64,000 nt of DNA, taken from assembly GCA_963765575.1 (NCBI GenBank), contig CAVXWZ010000008.1:192001-256000 (forward strand). Direction: 5' to 3'. Positions 48,446-59,595 of the stretch are shown here, one piece after another. This DNA comes from an uncultured cyanobacterium. Lineage in GTDB: Bacteria > Cyanobacteriota > Cyanobacteriia > PCC-6307 > Cyanobiaceae. Position 1 is the first letter of the stretch, and the number at the start of each line of letters is the position of its first letter. Under the pieces are notes generated by a model that was not told the DNA's origin, did no database searches, and saw only the letters and a list, made by a program, of their open reading frames with translations. The translations under genes and the position numbers were made by a program.

Positions 48446-49192
48446 ATGCACCGCCGCGCCATTTCGCCATGCTCCCTGCGCGCCCGCGCTCTGCTGAGCC
48501 TGGTGGTCCTGGCGGCGCCAGCCCTGGCCCCGGCCACCGTTCGGGCCCAGGCGCCCCACACCCTGCCGGCAGAGCATGGCGCTTCCCACCGCGACCATGG
48601 CGCCCACGATCCTGGCGCCCATGCCCCTGGCACCCATGCCCACGACCTGGGCCCCGCCGGCGCCACCTACGACCTGCGCTTCATCGACGGCATGGTGCAG
48701 CACCACACCGGTGCCCTGCGCATGGGTGAGTTCGTGTTCGACATCGGCGCGCCCGGTGTCGGCGCCCTGGCCAAGACGATCTGGCGCGAGCAGGCCCAGG
48801 AGATCAAGGCCATGGGGCAATGGCGCAAGGCCTGGTATCCCGAAGCCCCGGTGTATTCCGTGGTGCTGCCCCCCGGCGGCGACCCCGACAGCATCGCCGC
48901 CCTGGCGCGCATGAGTGGGGCCGAGATCGACGCCATGCGCATGATCACCACCCTGCCCAGCCGCGACACCCGCGTGATCTGGTTTCTTGAGGGCATGCTC
49001 CATCACCACGGCGGTGCCCTGGTGATGGCCCACGACGCCCTCAAGAAGAGCACCAACCCGGCCCTGCGGCGCTTCTCCCGCGCCGTGATCCGGGCCCAGC
49101 GCGCCGAAATCATCGAGCTGCGGCGGATGCTGGCGCTGGAGGGCCTGCGCAAGCCGGAGTACGCGGCCTATGACGCCCTGTTTGCCCTATGA
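48446..49192 (+). CDS. DUF305 (CopM-like) His/Met-rich secreted metal-binding protein
   Basis: Signal peptide, His-rich linker, DLRFIDGMVQHH.GA..M and FLEGMLHHH.GA..MA repeats, Q..EI..M. Confidence 0.9.
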   Translation: MHRRAISPCSLRARALLSLVVLAAPALAPATVRAQAPHTLPAEHGASHRDHGAHDPGAHAPGTHAHDLGPAGATYDLRFIDGMVQHHTGALRMGEFVFDIGAPGVGALAKTIWREQAQEIKAMGQWRKAWYPEAPVYSVVLPPGGDPDSIAALARMSGAEIDAMRMITTLPSRDTRVIWFLEGMLHHHGGALVMAHDALKKSTNPALRRFSRAVIRAQRAEIIELRRMLALEGLRKPEYAAYDALFAL

Positions 49193-49237
49193 GCCGCCAT
49201 CGGTAGCGTGGTGACGCACTCCCGCCGCGCTGCCGCC

Positions 49238-49489
49238 ATGGGCTTTTTCGAGGTGCTCTGGCACGGCGAGGGCATCGGTGATGGCGGCGACCTCGAGGAG
49301 GCCCTGATGGCCTACGCCCTGGTGAAGCCCGACGACGGCGACTGGGCCGCCGCCTGCAGCGCCGCCGGCGCCGAGCCCTGCATCCGCCGCTACGCCTCCT
49401 TCGACGCCTTCCTCGACAACGCCGATGAGCTGGAGACGATTCCGGTGTCGGCGGCGATGATCGACGACGCCCTGGCCCAGCTGCCCTGA
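49238..49489 (+). CDS. Small acidic hypothetical protein
   Basis: MGFFEVLWHGEGIGDGGDL...; strong G/C third-position codon bias. Confidence 0.7.
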   Translation: MGFFEVLWHGEGIGDGGDLEEALMAYALVKPDDGDWAAACSAAGAEPCIRRYASFDAFLDNADELETIPVSAAMIDDALAQLP

Positions 49490-49498
49490 GTTACGGCC

Positions 49499-50857
49499 TC
49501 ATTGCGCCAGCACCCGCGGGATGGCCTCCAGCCGCGTGGTGGCCGCCCGCGAGAGCCTGCCGCGGCGCATCGCCCAGGGCGGCTGCAGCCCGCAGGCGGC
49601 CCACTGCACGGTGCCGCGGCCGTAGCGGCGGTTGAGCTGGTCGATGGTGGCCATCAGGGCAGCGCGGCGCTGCTGCTGTTCCGGCGGCAGCGGCTGCAAC
49701 AGATGGTGTTGCAGCAGCTCCTCGCCCTGCAGCTGCAGCAGCAGCACGCCCGCCTTCTGCAGCGGGTGCTGGCGGCGGAACAGATGCTCGGCCAGGGGCA
49801 GGGCCGCCGCCAGCAGCACGGCGCTGTCGTGGCTGGGCACCGCCAGGGTGATGGTGGCGGCGTTGGCGTAGAAGCGGGTGCCGTTGAACGGGCTGCTGCG
49901 CACGAACACGGTGAGGGCGCCGGCTCGCTGGCGCTGGCGCCGCAGCTTCTCGGCGGCCCGACAGGTGTAGGTGGCGATCGCCTCGCGCAGCTGGGGCAGG
50001 GTGTCGACCGGCCGGGAGAAGCTGCGGCTCACGCAGGTTTCGCGCTTGGCCGCCGGCAGCCGCTCCAGGGGCAGACAGGGGATCCCGCGCAGTTCCTGCT
50101 GCAGCCGCACCCCCACCACCCCGCAGCGGCGGCGCAACTCGCCGGTGGGCAGATCGCGCAGGGCCCGGGCGCTGGCGATGCCGCGCAGCCGGCACCAGCG
50201 GGCCCGTTGCCGGCCGATGCCCCACACGTCCTCGATCGCCACCGCCTCCAGCCAGGGGTCGGGATCGGCCATCGCCCCCAGGTCGAACACCCCTTCACCC
50301 GTGCCCCCGACCTGCGCCGCCCCGGCCTTCGCCAGCCGGTTGGCCAGCTTGGCCTGCACCTTGGTGGCGGCGATACCCACCGCCACCGGCAGTCCCAGCC
50401 GGCGCTGCACGTCGCGGCGCAGCCGCCGGCCCCAGTCGCCCAGATCGCCGTCGGCGGGGCGATGCAGCAGCCCGAAGGCCTCATCGATCGAATAGATCTC
50501 CAGCTCCTCCACCCACTCCTCCAGCACGCTCATCAGGCGCTGGCTCATGTCGGCGTAGAGGGCGTAATTGGAGCTGCGCACCAGCACGCCCCGCCGTTCC
50601 AGCTCCCGCTGCACCTGAAACCAGGGCTGGCCCATGCGCACGCCCATGGCCCGGGCCTCGGCGCTGCGCGCAACGATGCAGCCGTCGTTGTTGGAGAGCA
50701 CCACCAGCGGCCGGCCGATCACGGTCGGATCCATCACCGCCTCACAGGAGGCGTAGAAGTTGTTGCCGTCCACCAGCACGGTGGCCTGCCGGGGGCGCTG
50801 GTGGGCGAGGGCGCGGGGCAGCGGCCCGCGGGGTATGGCCGTGCTCAGGGGCTTCAT
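49499..50857 (-). CDS. umuC: Y-family DNA polymerase V subunit
   Basis: DGNNFYASCE, VLSNNDGC, SSNYALY.DMS.R, YSIDE, VWGIG, SRSF and W.MRR..LS...TT. Confidence 0.95.
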   Translation of the reverse strand: MKPLSTAIPRGPLPRALAHQRPRQATVLVDGNNFYASCEAVMDPTVIGRPLVVLSNNDGCIVARSAEARAMGVRMGQPWFQVQRELERRGVLVRSSNYALYADMSQRLMSVLEEWVEELEIYSIDEAFGLLHRPADGDLGDWGRRLRRDVQRRLGLPVAVGIAATKVQAKLANRLAKAGAAQVGGTGEGVFDLGAMADPDPWLEAVAIEDVWGIGRQRARWCRLRGIASARALRDLPTGELRRRCGVVGVRLQQELRGIPCLPLERLPAAKRETCVSRSFSRPVDTLPQLREAIATYTCRAAEKLRRQRQRAGALTVFVRSSPFNGTRFYANAATITLAVPSHDSAVLLAAALPLAEHLFRRQHPLQKAGVLLLQLQGEELLQHHLLQPLPPEQQQRRAALMATIDQLNRRYGRGTVQWAACGLQPPWAMRRGRLSRAATTRLEAIPRVLAQ

Positions 50858-50874
50858 CAGGGGTGTCAGAGGCT

Positions 50875-51384
50875 TCAGAGGCTGTGGATGGCGTGGATGG
50901 CCACGCCCCAGATGCAGCTGTCGTCGCCGTCCCCCAGCTCCAGCGGCGGATAGTCGGGATGGGCGGCCTCCAGGCGCCAGCGGCCGCGGTGGCGGCGCAG
51001 GTGCTTGAGGGTGAAGGCCCCCTCGACCACGGCCACCACCACCAGCCCCGCCCGCGCTTCGATCGCCCGGTCCACCACCAGCAGATCGCCATCGAGGATG
51101 CCGGCGTCCCGCATCGAGTCGCCGCTCACGCGCAGGAAGAAGGTGCTGCTGGGGTGGCGGATCAGGGCCTCGTTGAGGTCGATGCGACTTTCCACGTAGT
51201 CGTCGGCCGGGCTGGGGAAGCCCGCCGCCACCGTGGCGCCGGCCAGGGGCAGGAGCCGCCGCTGCCGCTGCCGCGCCGCGGGCAGGCGGCCCAGCAGCTG
51301 CAGCTCCGGCGTGGGGCCGGCCACCACGTCGCCTGCCCCATGGCCGGCGTGCTGCGGGGCGGGAGCGGGCACGACAGCAGACAA
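50875..51384 (-). CDS. umuD: DNA polymerase V accessory subunit UmuD (S24 peptidase)
   Basis: VAAGFPSPADDY, LRVSGDSM, GDLLVVDR and FTLK. Confidence 0.93.
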   Translation of the reverse strand: MSAVVPAPAPQHAGHGAGDVVAGPTPELQLLGRLPAARQRQRRLLPLAGATVAAGFPSPADDYVESRIDLNEALIRHPSSTFFLRVSGDSMRDAGILDGDLLVVDRAIEARAGLVVVAVVEGAFTLKHLRRHRGRWRLEAAHPDYPPLELGDGDDSCIWGVAIHAIHSL

Positions 51385-51391
51385 CCAAAGC

Positions 51392-51405
51392 AGTGCAAAT
51401 GTACT
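51392..51405 (-). promoter_or_regulatory. Cyanobacterial LexA (SOS) box
   Basis: AGTACATTTGCACT on the minus strand, one mismatch to RGTAC-NNN-DGTWCB, immediately upstream of umuD. Confidence 0.7.
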
Positions 51406-53260
51406 ACTGGCTGGCTGGGTTGGGCGGTGGCTGCAGGCGGGCGAGGGTCAGCTTCGCCGCCGGGTCCCGCTGCAGAATCTCCAGCGAGCCGGCGGGGCAG
51501 TGGCCGCCCGGTTGCTCCACGCGCCTGCTCGGGCCTAGCAACAGCCGCGGGGGCGGCGCAGGTGGAGGCGGGCTGCTCCGGGGTGTGCTGGGCGAAGGCT
51601 TCACCCTGCTTCAGGATCTCGGCCCGGCCCTGGGTGCGGATCTTCACGGAATACCAGCTCTTGCTCACCACCTGGATCGCTTCACCGGGTCGGGCCTCCC
51701 GCAGGGCCCGGTCGGCCAGCTCCAGCCGGGGCCCCTGGTAGAGCTGGCGGTAGAGCTGCTGGAGCGGCGGGGCCAGGGCCAGCAGAAACGCCAGGATGGC
51801 GGCCGCCCAGAGGCCGCCGAGCAGCAGACGGGGCTGGGGGCCCCGCCAGGCCGCCCAGCCACTGGCCAGACCCAGGAGCAGCAGGGCCGCGATCACCGGC
51901 GCTGATCCCAGGGTGCTGCGCAGGGCCAGGCTGAACGCCGGCGCGCTTCCGGTGATCGGCACCACCAGCGCCGGGACCCGCTGCAGGGCCAGGGCCAGCA
52001 GCAGCAACAGTCCGGCGGTGCCGATCAGCAGCACCCGGCTGAACCGCTCTGCCCCCACCCGCTTTGCCACCCGCTCGGGTGGTGCCTGGGGCTGCGGCGG
52101 CCAGAAGAAGCGGGCAGCGGCGATCGCCGTGGGCGGCAGCGCCGCGAGGATGTAGTGGGGCAGCTTGGTGGAGGCCAGGCTGAACAGCCCCACGGTGACC
52201 ACGATCCAGATCGTGCAGAACAGGGCCAGGGGATCCCGCTGGGCCTGGCGGCGCCAGTGGCGGGGGTTGGACAACCGGCCTGGACCAGGGCCGCCAGGGC
52301 CGTGATTCCCCAGGGCAGGGTGATGGCCGCATACACGGGCAGGTAATAGAACCAGGGCCCGGCGTGGCCATCCAGCGCGCTGGTGAAGCGATTCAGATGG
52401 GTGCGTCCCAGGTAGCCCTCGAGAAACGCCGCCCCCTGGCTGTGCCAGGCCGCCAGATGCCAGGGCAGGGCCACGAGCAGCAGGGCCAGCAGCAGGGGGA
52501 GCAGGAAGCGGCGACCGCCCAGGGAGCGGCGGGCAGCCGCTCCCGCCAGCAGCAGGAACAGGCCGGCGATGGCGCCGGGCAGGGCGAGGCTGAGCAGACC
52601 CTTGGCGAGCAGCCCCACGCCCAGGGCGCTGCCCACCAGGACGCCGCTCAGCACCTGGCGGCGGCGGGAGGGGTTGCGGGCCTGGCTGAGCAGGACGACA
52701 CAGGCCAGCGCCACGGTCGTGCTGGCGGTGAGATAAATGTCGTGGATCGCGACTCGCGCCAGCACGATGTACACCGGCATCAAGGCCAGGATCGCCGCGG
52801 CGCTGACGGCGCGAAACAGTCCCCGGCGGCTGGCGCCGTCAGGGCTGCCGAATCGGCACAGCGCCAGGGTGGCGATGACGCCGATACACCCGGAAAAGGC
52901 GGTGCCCAGGCGGGGCAGCCACACCTGCTGGGGGGCGAGGCGCAGCAGCAGCCCACCGATCCAGTAGGGCAGGGGGGGCTTGTCGAAATAGGGAAGACCG
53001 TCAATCGCCGGCACGACCCAGTCGCCGCTCACCGCCATCTGACGGGCGAGCTCCAGCTGCAGGGCTTCGGTCTTATCGGCCGGGTAAAGGATCGCCAGGC
53101 CGTTGAAGAAGCACACCCAGCACAGAGCCGCCAGCAGGACCAGGGCTGCTGCCAGCAGCGACGCGGGTTGGCTCAGGGCCCGGCCTGGGCCTGGGAATCG
53201 TTGAGAAATGGTGGTGAAAGGGGGGGGGGAGATTACATGAAATGGACGCGCGCACCCCAT
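51404..53260 (-). pseudogene. ArnT/PMT-family membrane glycosyltransferase, frameshifted at ~52273 and probably ~51550
   Basis: ARQM..SGDW..P..DG.PYFDKPPL.YW, LAKG, H.GP..YY...LPW, then FSLASTKLPHYIL in another frame. Confidence 0.85.
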
Positions 53261-53288
53261 ACGATGGGCGACGGTGCGGCAGGCGGGC

Positions 53289-53897
53289 ATGGGGGCGGAA
53301 ACGAGGTGGACGGCCGCCTCGGGCCTGGCCCTGGTGCTGTTCCTGGTGCTGCACCTGAGCGGCGTTGCCCTGGCACCGCTGGCCCCTGAGGCCTTCGAGG
53401 CCTATGCGGCAGCCCTGCATGGTGCCGCCTGGCTGCCGGCGGCGGAGCTGGCGCTGCTGGCGGTGGCCCTGAGCCACGCCGGCCTCAGCCTGGCCAAGGC
53501 CAGTGCCAACCGCCGCGCCGGCAACACGGCGCAGCTGGTGAGCCGGCGCGGTGACCCCCTGGCCGCCCTGGCGGCTCGCAGCCAGGCGCTGGCCGGCGTC
53601 ACGCTGCTGGGGTTTCTGGTGCTGCATCTGCTGCAGCTGCGCTGGCCCCGACCCGCCGCCGGCGCGGAGCTGGCGGCCCTGCGGGCGGTGCTGCAGCAGC
53701 CCCTGAGCCTGGTGCTCTACGCCGCCGCCGCCCTGGCCCTGGCCCTGCACCTGCTGCACGGCACCGAGGCCGCCCACCGCAGCCTGGGGCTGCTGGATCC
53801 GCAGAACGGCCGCCGCATTCGCCTGGCCGGCCGTGGACTGGCCCTGCTGCTGGGCGCTGGTTTCGCGGCGGTGGCGCTGCTGGTGGCGCTGCCATGA
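53289..53897 (+). CDS. sdhC: Succinate dehydrogenase cytochrome b subunit
   Basis: SGL.L..FL..HL, FL..HL..L and LHL.HG..A..SLG; first gene of the sdh operon. Confidence 0.88.
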   Translation: MGAETRWTAASGLALVLFLVLHLSGVALAPLAPEAFEAYAAALHGAAWLPAAELALLAVALSHAGLSLAKASANRRAGNTAQLVSRRGDPLAALAARSQALAGVTLLGFLVLHLLQLRWPRPAAGAELAALRAVLQQPLSLVLYAAAALALALHLLHGTEAAHRSLGLLDPQNGRRIRLAGRGLALLLGAGFAAVALLVALP

Positions 53898-55813
53898 GCG
53901 GCCTGCCCGATCCCCGCCTGCCGGCGGGCCCGATTGACGCTGCCTGGCGCCGCCACCGCGAGGAGCTGCCCCTGATCAGCCCGATGCGCCGCCGCCAGCT
54001 GCGCCTGCTGGTGGTGGGCACCGGGCTGGCCGGGGCCTCGGCGGCCGCCACCCTGGCGGAGCAGGGCTACCAGGTCACGGTGCTCACGTATCACGACAGC
54101 CCGCGGCGGGCCCATTCGGTGGCGGCCCAGGGGGGCATCAATGCCGCCCGGCCGCTGGCCGTCGATGGCGACAGCGTCGGGCGCCTGTTCGCCGACACCC
54201 TGCGCGGCGGCGACTTCCGCGCCCGCGAGGCCGGCTGCATGCGGCTGGCCGAGCTGAGCAGCGGCATCATCGACCAGTGCGTGGCCCAGGGCGTGCCCTT
54301 CGCGCGCGACTACGGCGGCAGCCTGGCCACCCGCAGCTTCGGTGGGGCCCTGGTGAGCCGCACCTTCTATGCCCGCGGCCAGACCGGCCAGCAACTGCTC
54401 TACGGCGCCACCCAGGCGCTGCTGCGCCAGGTGGCCGCCGGCCGGGTGACCCTGCTCTGCCGGCGCGATGTGCTGGAGCTGGTGACCGTGGATGGGGTGG
54501 CCCGCGGGGTGGTGTGCCGCAACCTGCTCAGCGGTGAGCTGGAGGTGCACACCGCCCAGGCGGTGCTGCTGGCCACCGGCGGCTACAGCAACGTCTACTT
54601 CCTGTCGACGAATGCGCTCAAATCCAACGCCACCGCCATCTGGCGGGCCCACCGCCGCGGCGCCCTGTTCGCCAACCCCTGCTTCACCCAGATCCACCCC
54701 ACCTGCATTCCCAGCGGCGACCCCTACCAGAGCAAGCTCACGTTGATGAGCGAGAGCCTGCGCAACGACGGCCGCGTGTGGCTGCCGGCCCGCCCCGGCG
54801 ATGGGCGTCCGCCGGCGCAGATCCCGGAAAGCGAGCGCGACTACTTCCTCGAGCGCCTCTATCCCACCTACGCCAACATGGCGCCGCGGGATCTGGCCTC
54901 CCGCCGCGCCCGGGAGCTCTGCAACGCCGGCCATGGCGTGGGCCCCGGTGGTCGCTCGGTGTACCTGGATCTGCGCGATGCCATCGCCCGCGACGGTGTG
55001 GAGCTGATCACGGCCCGCTACGGCAATCTGCTGACGATGTACGAGCGCATCACCGGCGAGGATCCCACCGGCACGCCGATGCGCATCTACCCGGCGCCCC
55101 ACTACACGATGGGGGGGCTGTGGGTCGACTATCACCTGATGAGCTCGATCCCGGGGCTGTTCGTGCTGGGCGAGGCCAACTTCTCCGAGCACGGTGCCAA
55201 CCGGCTGGGGGCCAGTGCCCTGATGCAGGGGCTGGCGGATGGCTATTTCATTGCTCCCGCCACGGTCACGGCCTGGCTGGCGGGCCATCCCACCCCGGCC
55301 ATCAGCGCCGATCACCCCGCCTGCCGCGAGGCCCTGGCCCTGGCGCAGCAGCGCATCGCGGCGCTGCTGGCGGTGGGCGGCTCGCGGCCGGTGGATGCCT
55401 TCCACCGCGAGCTGGGGGCACTGATGATCGAGCACTGCGGCATCAGCCGCGATGCCGCCGGCCTGCGCGCTGGCCAGGGGGCTGTGGCGGCCCTGGCCGA
55501 GCGCTTCGCCGCGGAGGTGCGGGTGCCGGGTTGTGCGGCGGGGCCCAATCCGGAGCTGGAGAAAGCGCTGCGGGTCCACGATTTCTTCGGCCTGGCCCAG
55601 CTGATGCTGGGCGATGCCCTGGCCCGGGAGGAGTCCTGCGGCGCCCATTTCCGCGAGGAGCACCAGAGCGCCGATGGTGAGGCCCGGCGCGACGACGCCC
55701 GCTTTGCCCACATCGCCGCCTGGGAGCATCGCGGCGAGGGCGCCGAGCCCGAGCGCCATGCCGAGCCCCTGCCGTTCACGGCCCTGCAACCCGTTGCCCG
55801 CAGCTACCGATGA
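53894..55813 (+). CDS. sdhA: Succinate dehydrogenase/fumarate reductase flavoprotein
   Basis: [46 protein letters not shown] and EESCGAHFR. Confidence 0.95.
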   Translation: MSGLPDPRLPAGPIDAAWRRHREELPLISPMRRRQLRLLVVGTGLAGASAAATLAEQGYQVTVLTYHDSPRRAHSVAAQGGINAARPLAVDGDSVGRLFADTLRGGDFRAREAGCMRLAELSSGIIDQCVAQGVPFARDYGGSLATRSFGGALVSRTFYARGQTGQQLLYGATQALLRQVAAGRVTLLCRRDVLELVTVDGVARGVVCRNLLSGELEVHTAQAVLLATGGYSNVYFLSTNALKSNATAIWRAHRRGALFANPCFTQIHPTCIPSGDPYQSKLTLMSESLRNDGRVWLPARPGDGRPPAQIPESERDYFLERLYPTYANMAPRDLASRRARELCNAGHGVGPGGRSVYLDLRDAIARDGVELITARYGNLLTMYERITGEDPTGTPMRIYPAPHYTMGGLWVDYHLMSSIPGLFVLGEANFSEHGANRLGASALMQGLADGYFIAPATVTAWLAGHPTPAISADHPACREALALAQQRIAALLAVGGSRPVDAFHRELGALMIEHCGISRDAAGLRAGQGAVAALAERFAAEVRVPGCAAGPNPELEKALRVHDFFGLAQLMLGDALAREESCGAHFREEHQSADGEARRDDARFAHIAAWEHRGEGAEPERHAEPLPFTALQPVARSYR

Positions 55814-56553
55814 GTGCTCCCCTGTCACTGACGCTACGGATCTGGCGCCAGGAGTCGGCGGCTGATCCGGGTGCCTACCGCAGCTACCGGCTGGAGCGCC
55901 TCTCCCCCAACCTCTCCCTGCTGGAGGCCCTCGACCAGCTCAACGAGCAGCTGATCGGCTGCGGCGAGCGGCCCGTGACCTTCGAGCACGACTGCCGGGA
56001 GGGAATCTGCGGCAGCTGCGGCTTTCTGGTCAACGCTCAGGCCCACGGCCCCCGCAGCGCCACGAGCGTGTGTCAGCTGTATCTGCGCGAGTTCCGTGAT
56101 GGCGCCACCCTCACGCTGGCGCCCTGGCGGGCGCGGGCCTTCCCGCCGATCCAGGACCTGGCGGTGGATCGCTCGGCCCTCGATCAGCTGATCGCCGCCG
56201 GTGGCTACTGCTCGGTGAACACCGGCCAGGCGCCGGATGCCAACGCCATGCTGGTGGGTCAGGAGCAGGCGCAATCGGCCTTCGACACGGCCACCTGCAT
56301 CGGTTGCGGCGCCTGTGTGGCCAGTTGCCGCAACGCCTCCGCCAGCCTGTTTGTGGCCGCCAAGCTCGCCCATCTGGCCCAGCTGCCCCAGGGGCAGCCC
56401 GAGCGCCAGCGACGAGCCCGCGCCATGCAGGAGCAGATGCGCAGCGAGGGCTTCGGCAGCTGCAGCAGCAACCTGGAGTGTGAGGCGGTGTGCCCCCAGG
56501 AGATCTCCGCCGACTGGATCAGCTGGATGCAGCGCCAGGGGCCGCGCAGCTAG
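55810..56553 (+). CDS. sdhB: Succinate dehydrogenase iron-sulfur subunit
   Basis: [20 protein letters not shown] and C.....C...CP. Confidence 0.95.
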   Translation: MSAPLSLTLRIWRQESAADPGAYRSYRLERLSPNLSLLEALDQLNEQLIGCGERPVTFEHDCREGICGSCGFLVNAQAHGPRSATSVCQLYLREFRDGATLTLAPWRARAFPPIQDLAVDRSALDQLIAAGGYCSVNTGQAPDANAMLVGQEQAQSAFDTATCIGCGACVASCRNASASLFVAAKLAHLAQLPQGQPERQRRARAMQEQMRSEGFGSCSSNLECEAVCPQEISADWISWMQRQGPRS

Positions 56554-56936
56554 GCCGGCAGCTCTCCAGGTGCGAAATGGCGCCGGAAGCCATCCAGGGC
56601 CATGGGCCCGCAGCGGCGCTGCCAGCCGATGTCGCCGGCGTGCCGCCGCCAGCAGCTCATGCGGGCGCCGCCGCCGCGCAGCTGGATCAGATAGCGGTAG
56701 GTCGCCTGCCTGGCGGCCGGCCCGGCAGTGTCGGGCCGCAGCTGGGGCAGGGGCGCAAACACCTGGCGGAGCTCCTCAAAGCGGCGGGCGGGTGCGGCGC
56801 TGCTGTGCAGCGGAGCGGCCAGCAGCGCGGCGAGCTGCGACGGCGAACCGCCATCGGCAAGCCACCAGTGGCGCTGACGGCGGGCGCCGCGATCCAGCAG
56901 GGAGATCAGCGCAGGGCATGGGGTCGGGGTCGGCAC
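56550..56936 (-). CDS. Hypothetical protein
   Basis: ORF filling the gap between gap and sdhB; no recognisable domain. Confidence 0.5.
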   Translation of the reverse strand: MPTPTPCPALISLLDRGARRQRHWWLADGGSPSQLAALLAAPLHSSAAPARRFEELRQVFAPLPQLRPDTAGPAARQATYRYLIQLRGGGARMSCWRRHAGDIGWQRRCGPMALDGFRRHFAPGELPA

Positions 56937-56991
56937 CGATGGCGCAGGGCGGGCCCCAAACCAGTGCCACCGCCGTCCCAGCCCGATGGGC

Positions 56992-58008
<1,017 letters not shown>

Positions 58009-58069
58009 TCACGCTGCACCCGAGATTAAGGATGCCGTGAGCCCCTGGCCGAGTCCCCTGCTCCAGGTC

Positions 58070-58510
58070 TCAGATTTCGTCGTCTTCCAGCAACAGCTGC
58101 TGAAAGGCGGTGTAGAGCTCGCCGTGCTCACGCAGCAGCTGGGGATCAGGCCGCCCTCGCTCTGGCCGGCGCCGCTCGGAGCGGGGGCGGCCATCAGCCC
58201 TGTTGGCCCCGCCCCCGGCCTCGTGAGTCGTAGGACGCCCGAGGGCAGCAGTCTGCGACCGGCGGGCCTCCAGCTCGCGCAGACGCTCCAGCAGGTGGGG
58301 CGGGGCGCTGCCGTCGGCGCTGGCGCGCACCAGCTCGTGGAACAGGGCATCGGGATTGGTCTCCGTCTCCAGCCTGTGGCGGCGGCCGCCACCGCCCTCG
58401 GACGGCGCAGGCACAGGCGCTGGTGGGGCGGCTGCGGGTGGGGGCAGCCGCTGGGGCAGGCTGCGGCCGAGCTGCTGCAGTCGCTCGAGGCTGCGGGCGT
58501 CGAAACTCAT
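58070..58510 (-). CDS. Hypothetical protein
   Basis: MSFDARSLERLQQLGRSLP...H.LETET.P..LF.EL..AS.DG..PPHL...LY.AF.QLLLE. Confidence 0.75.
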   Translation of the reverse strand: MSFDARSLERLQQLGRSLPQRLPPPAAAPPAPVPAPSEGGGGRRHRLETETNPDALFHELVRASADGSAPPHLLERLRELEARRSQTAALGRPTTHEAGGGANRADGRPRSERRRPERGRPDPQLLREHGELYTAFQQLLLEDDEI

Positions 58511-58526
58511 CGGGGCGCAGGGGGGA

Positions 58527-59108
58527 TCAGGAGCAGCCGAGGCTGGCGCGGGTGTCCCGGCCGGTGATGGGGTTGGTGCCCCGGGCCGCGGCGCAGAGCA
58601 CCTTGCGGGCGTCGCCCCGCAGGGGCACGTTGGTGAAGTCAGCCCCGTCGATGGTCACATTCTCGAAGCGGGTGTTGAAGGCGAAGGCGTCCTCCAGCAC
58701 GGCATTGCTCAGGTCGCTGCCGTAGAACACCGCTGAATCCAGCGTCGCCTCGCGCAGGTTGGTGTTGCTGAGGTCGGCGTCCTGCAACTTGGCCCCAAAC
58801 AGGCTGGCGCCCTGCAGGTCGGCCCCGGCGAGGTTGGCGTCGCGCAGGTTGGTGAGGTTGAAGGTGGCGCCGCGCAGATCCTGGCCCGAGTAGTCGGCCC
58901 CGATCAGCACCTGCTTGGCCACGTCCACGGCGGCGTGGGCGGCAGCGCCCCCCAACAGGGGTGCAACCAGCAGCATCAGCGCCAGCAGCAAGGGCAGCAG
59001 CGGGCGCAGGCTGGGGCCTGGCCATGCCCAGGGGCCCGGCGGGTTGAGGCTGGCGTGGGGGCGGGCGGCACTGGGGCCGTGGCGCCGGATCTGGAGCCGT
59101 TTTGCCAT
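58527..59108 (-). CDS. Pentapeptide-repeat protein (thylakoid lumen type); start uncertain
   Basis: A(D/N)L.. repeats; C-terminal LC..A.GTNP.TGR.TR.SLGC. Confidence 0.9.
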   Translation of the reverse strand: MAKRLQIRRHGPSAARPHASLNPPGPWAWPGPSLRPLLPLLLALMLLVAPLLGGAAAHAAVDVAKQVLIGADYSGQDLRGATFNLTNLRDANLAGADLQGASLFGAKLQDADLSNTNLREATLDSAVFYGSDLSNAVLEDAFAFNTRFENVTIDGADFTNVPLRGDARKVLCAAARGTNPITGRDTRASLGCS

Positions 59109-59162
59109 CGCGGCGATGCACCTGGGGCAACCCTAGGGACAGTTCCGGGAACGTCGCCGCCG

Positions 59163-59540
59163 ATGCCCCATCCCCCCCTGGCCGGTGGCTGGGCCGAGCA
59201 ACGTGCCCTGCGGCTGCTGTTGGAGCGCGGCTGGCGCCTGCGCGATCGCAACTGGCGCTGCCGCTGGGGGGAGCTGGATCTGGTGCTGGAGAAGGACGAT
59301 CGGCTGCTGGTGGTGGAGGTCAAGGGCCGCAGCGGTGGCCTGGACGGCTGGGGGGCGGGCGCCCTGCGCCATGGCAAGCGCCAGCGGCTCGATCGCGCCT
59401 GGCGCTGCTGGCTGCAGGCCCATCCCGATGCCGCCCTGCGGGCGGTGGAGCTGGTGTACGCCCTGGTGCCGCTGCCGCCCCGGCGCGGAGCCGTGCGCTG
59501 GATTCGACCCGCCACCTGGCCGTCAGCCACGGCCCCGTGA
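59163..59540 (+). CDS. YraN-family (UPF0102) nuclease-like protein
   Basis: G.WAE, RNWRCRWGELDLV and VEVK.R. Confidence 0.88.
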   Translation: MPHPPLAGGWAEQRALRLLLERGWRLRDRNWRCRWGELDLVLEKDDRLLVVEVKGRSGGLDGWGAGALRHGKRQRLDRAWRCWLQAHPDAALRAVELVYALVPLPPRRGAVRWIRPATWPSATAP

Positions 59541-59595
59541 GGGCGGGGTGGGCCAGGGCACCAGGCAGCCTGGAGGCCAGCGCCGCCGCCACGCG

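Noticed and set aside
58527..58900. Pentapeptide repeats as a novel repeat element
   Set aside because: This is an ordinary cyanobacterial pentapeptide-repeat protein.
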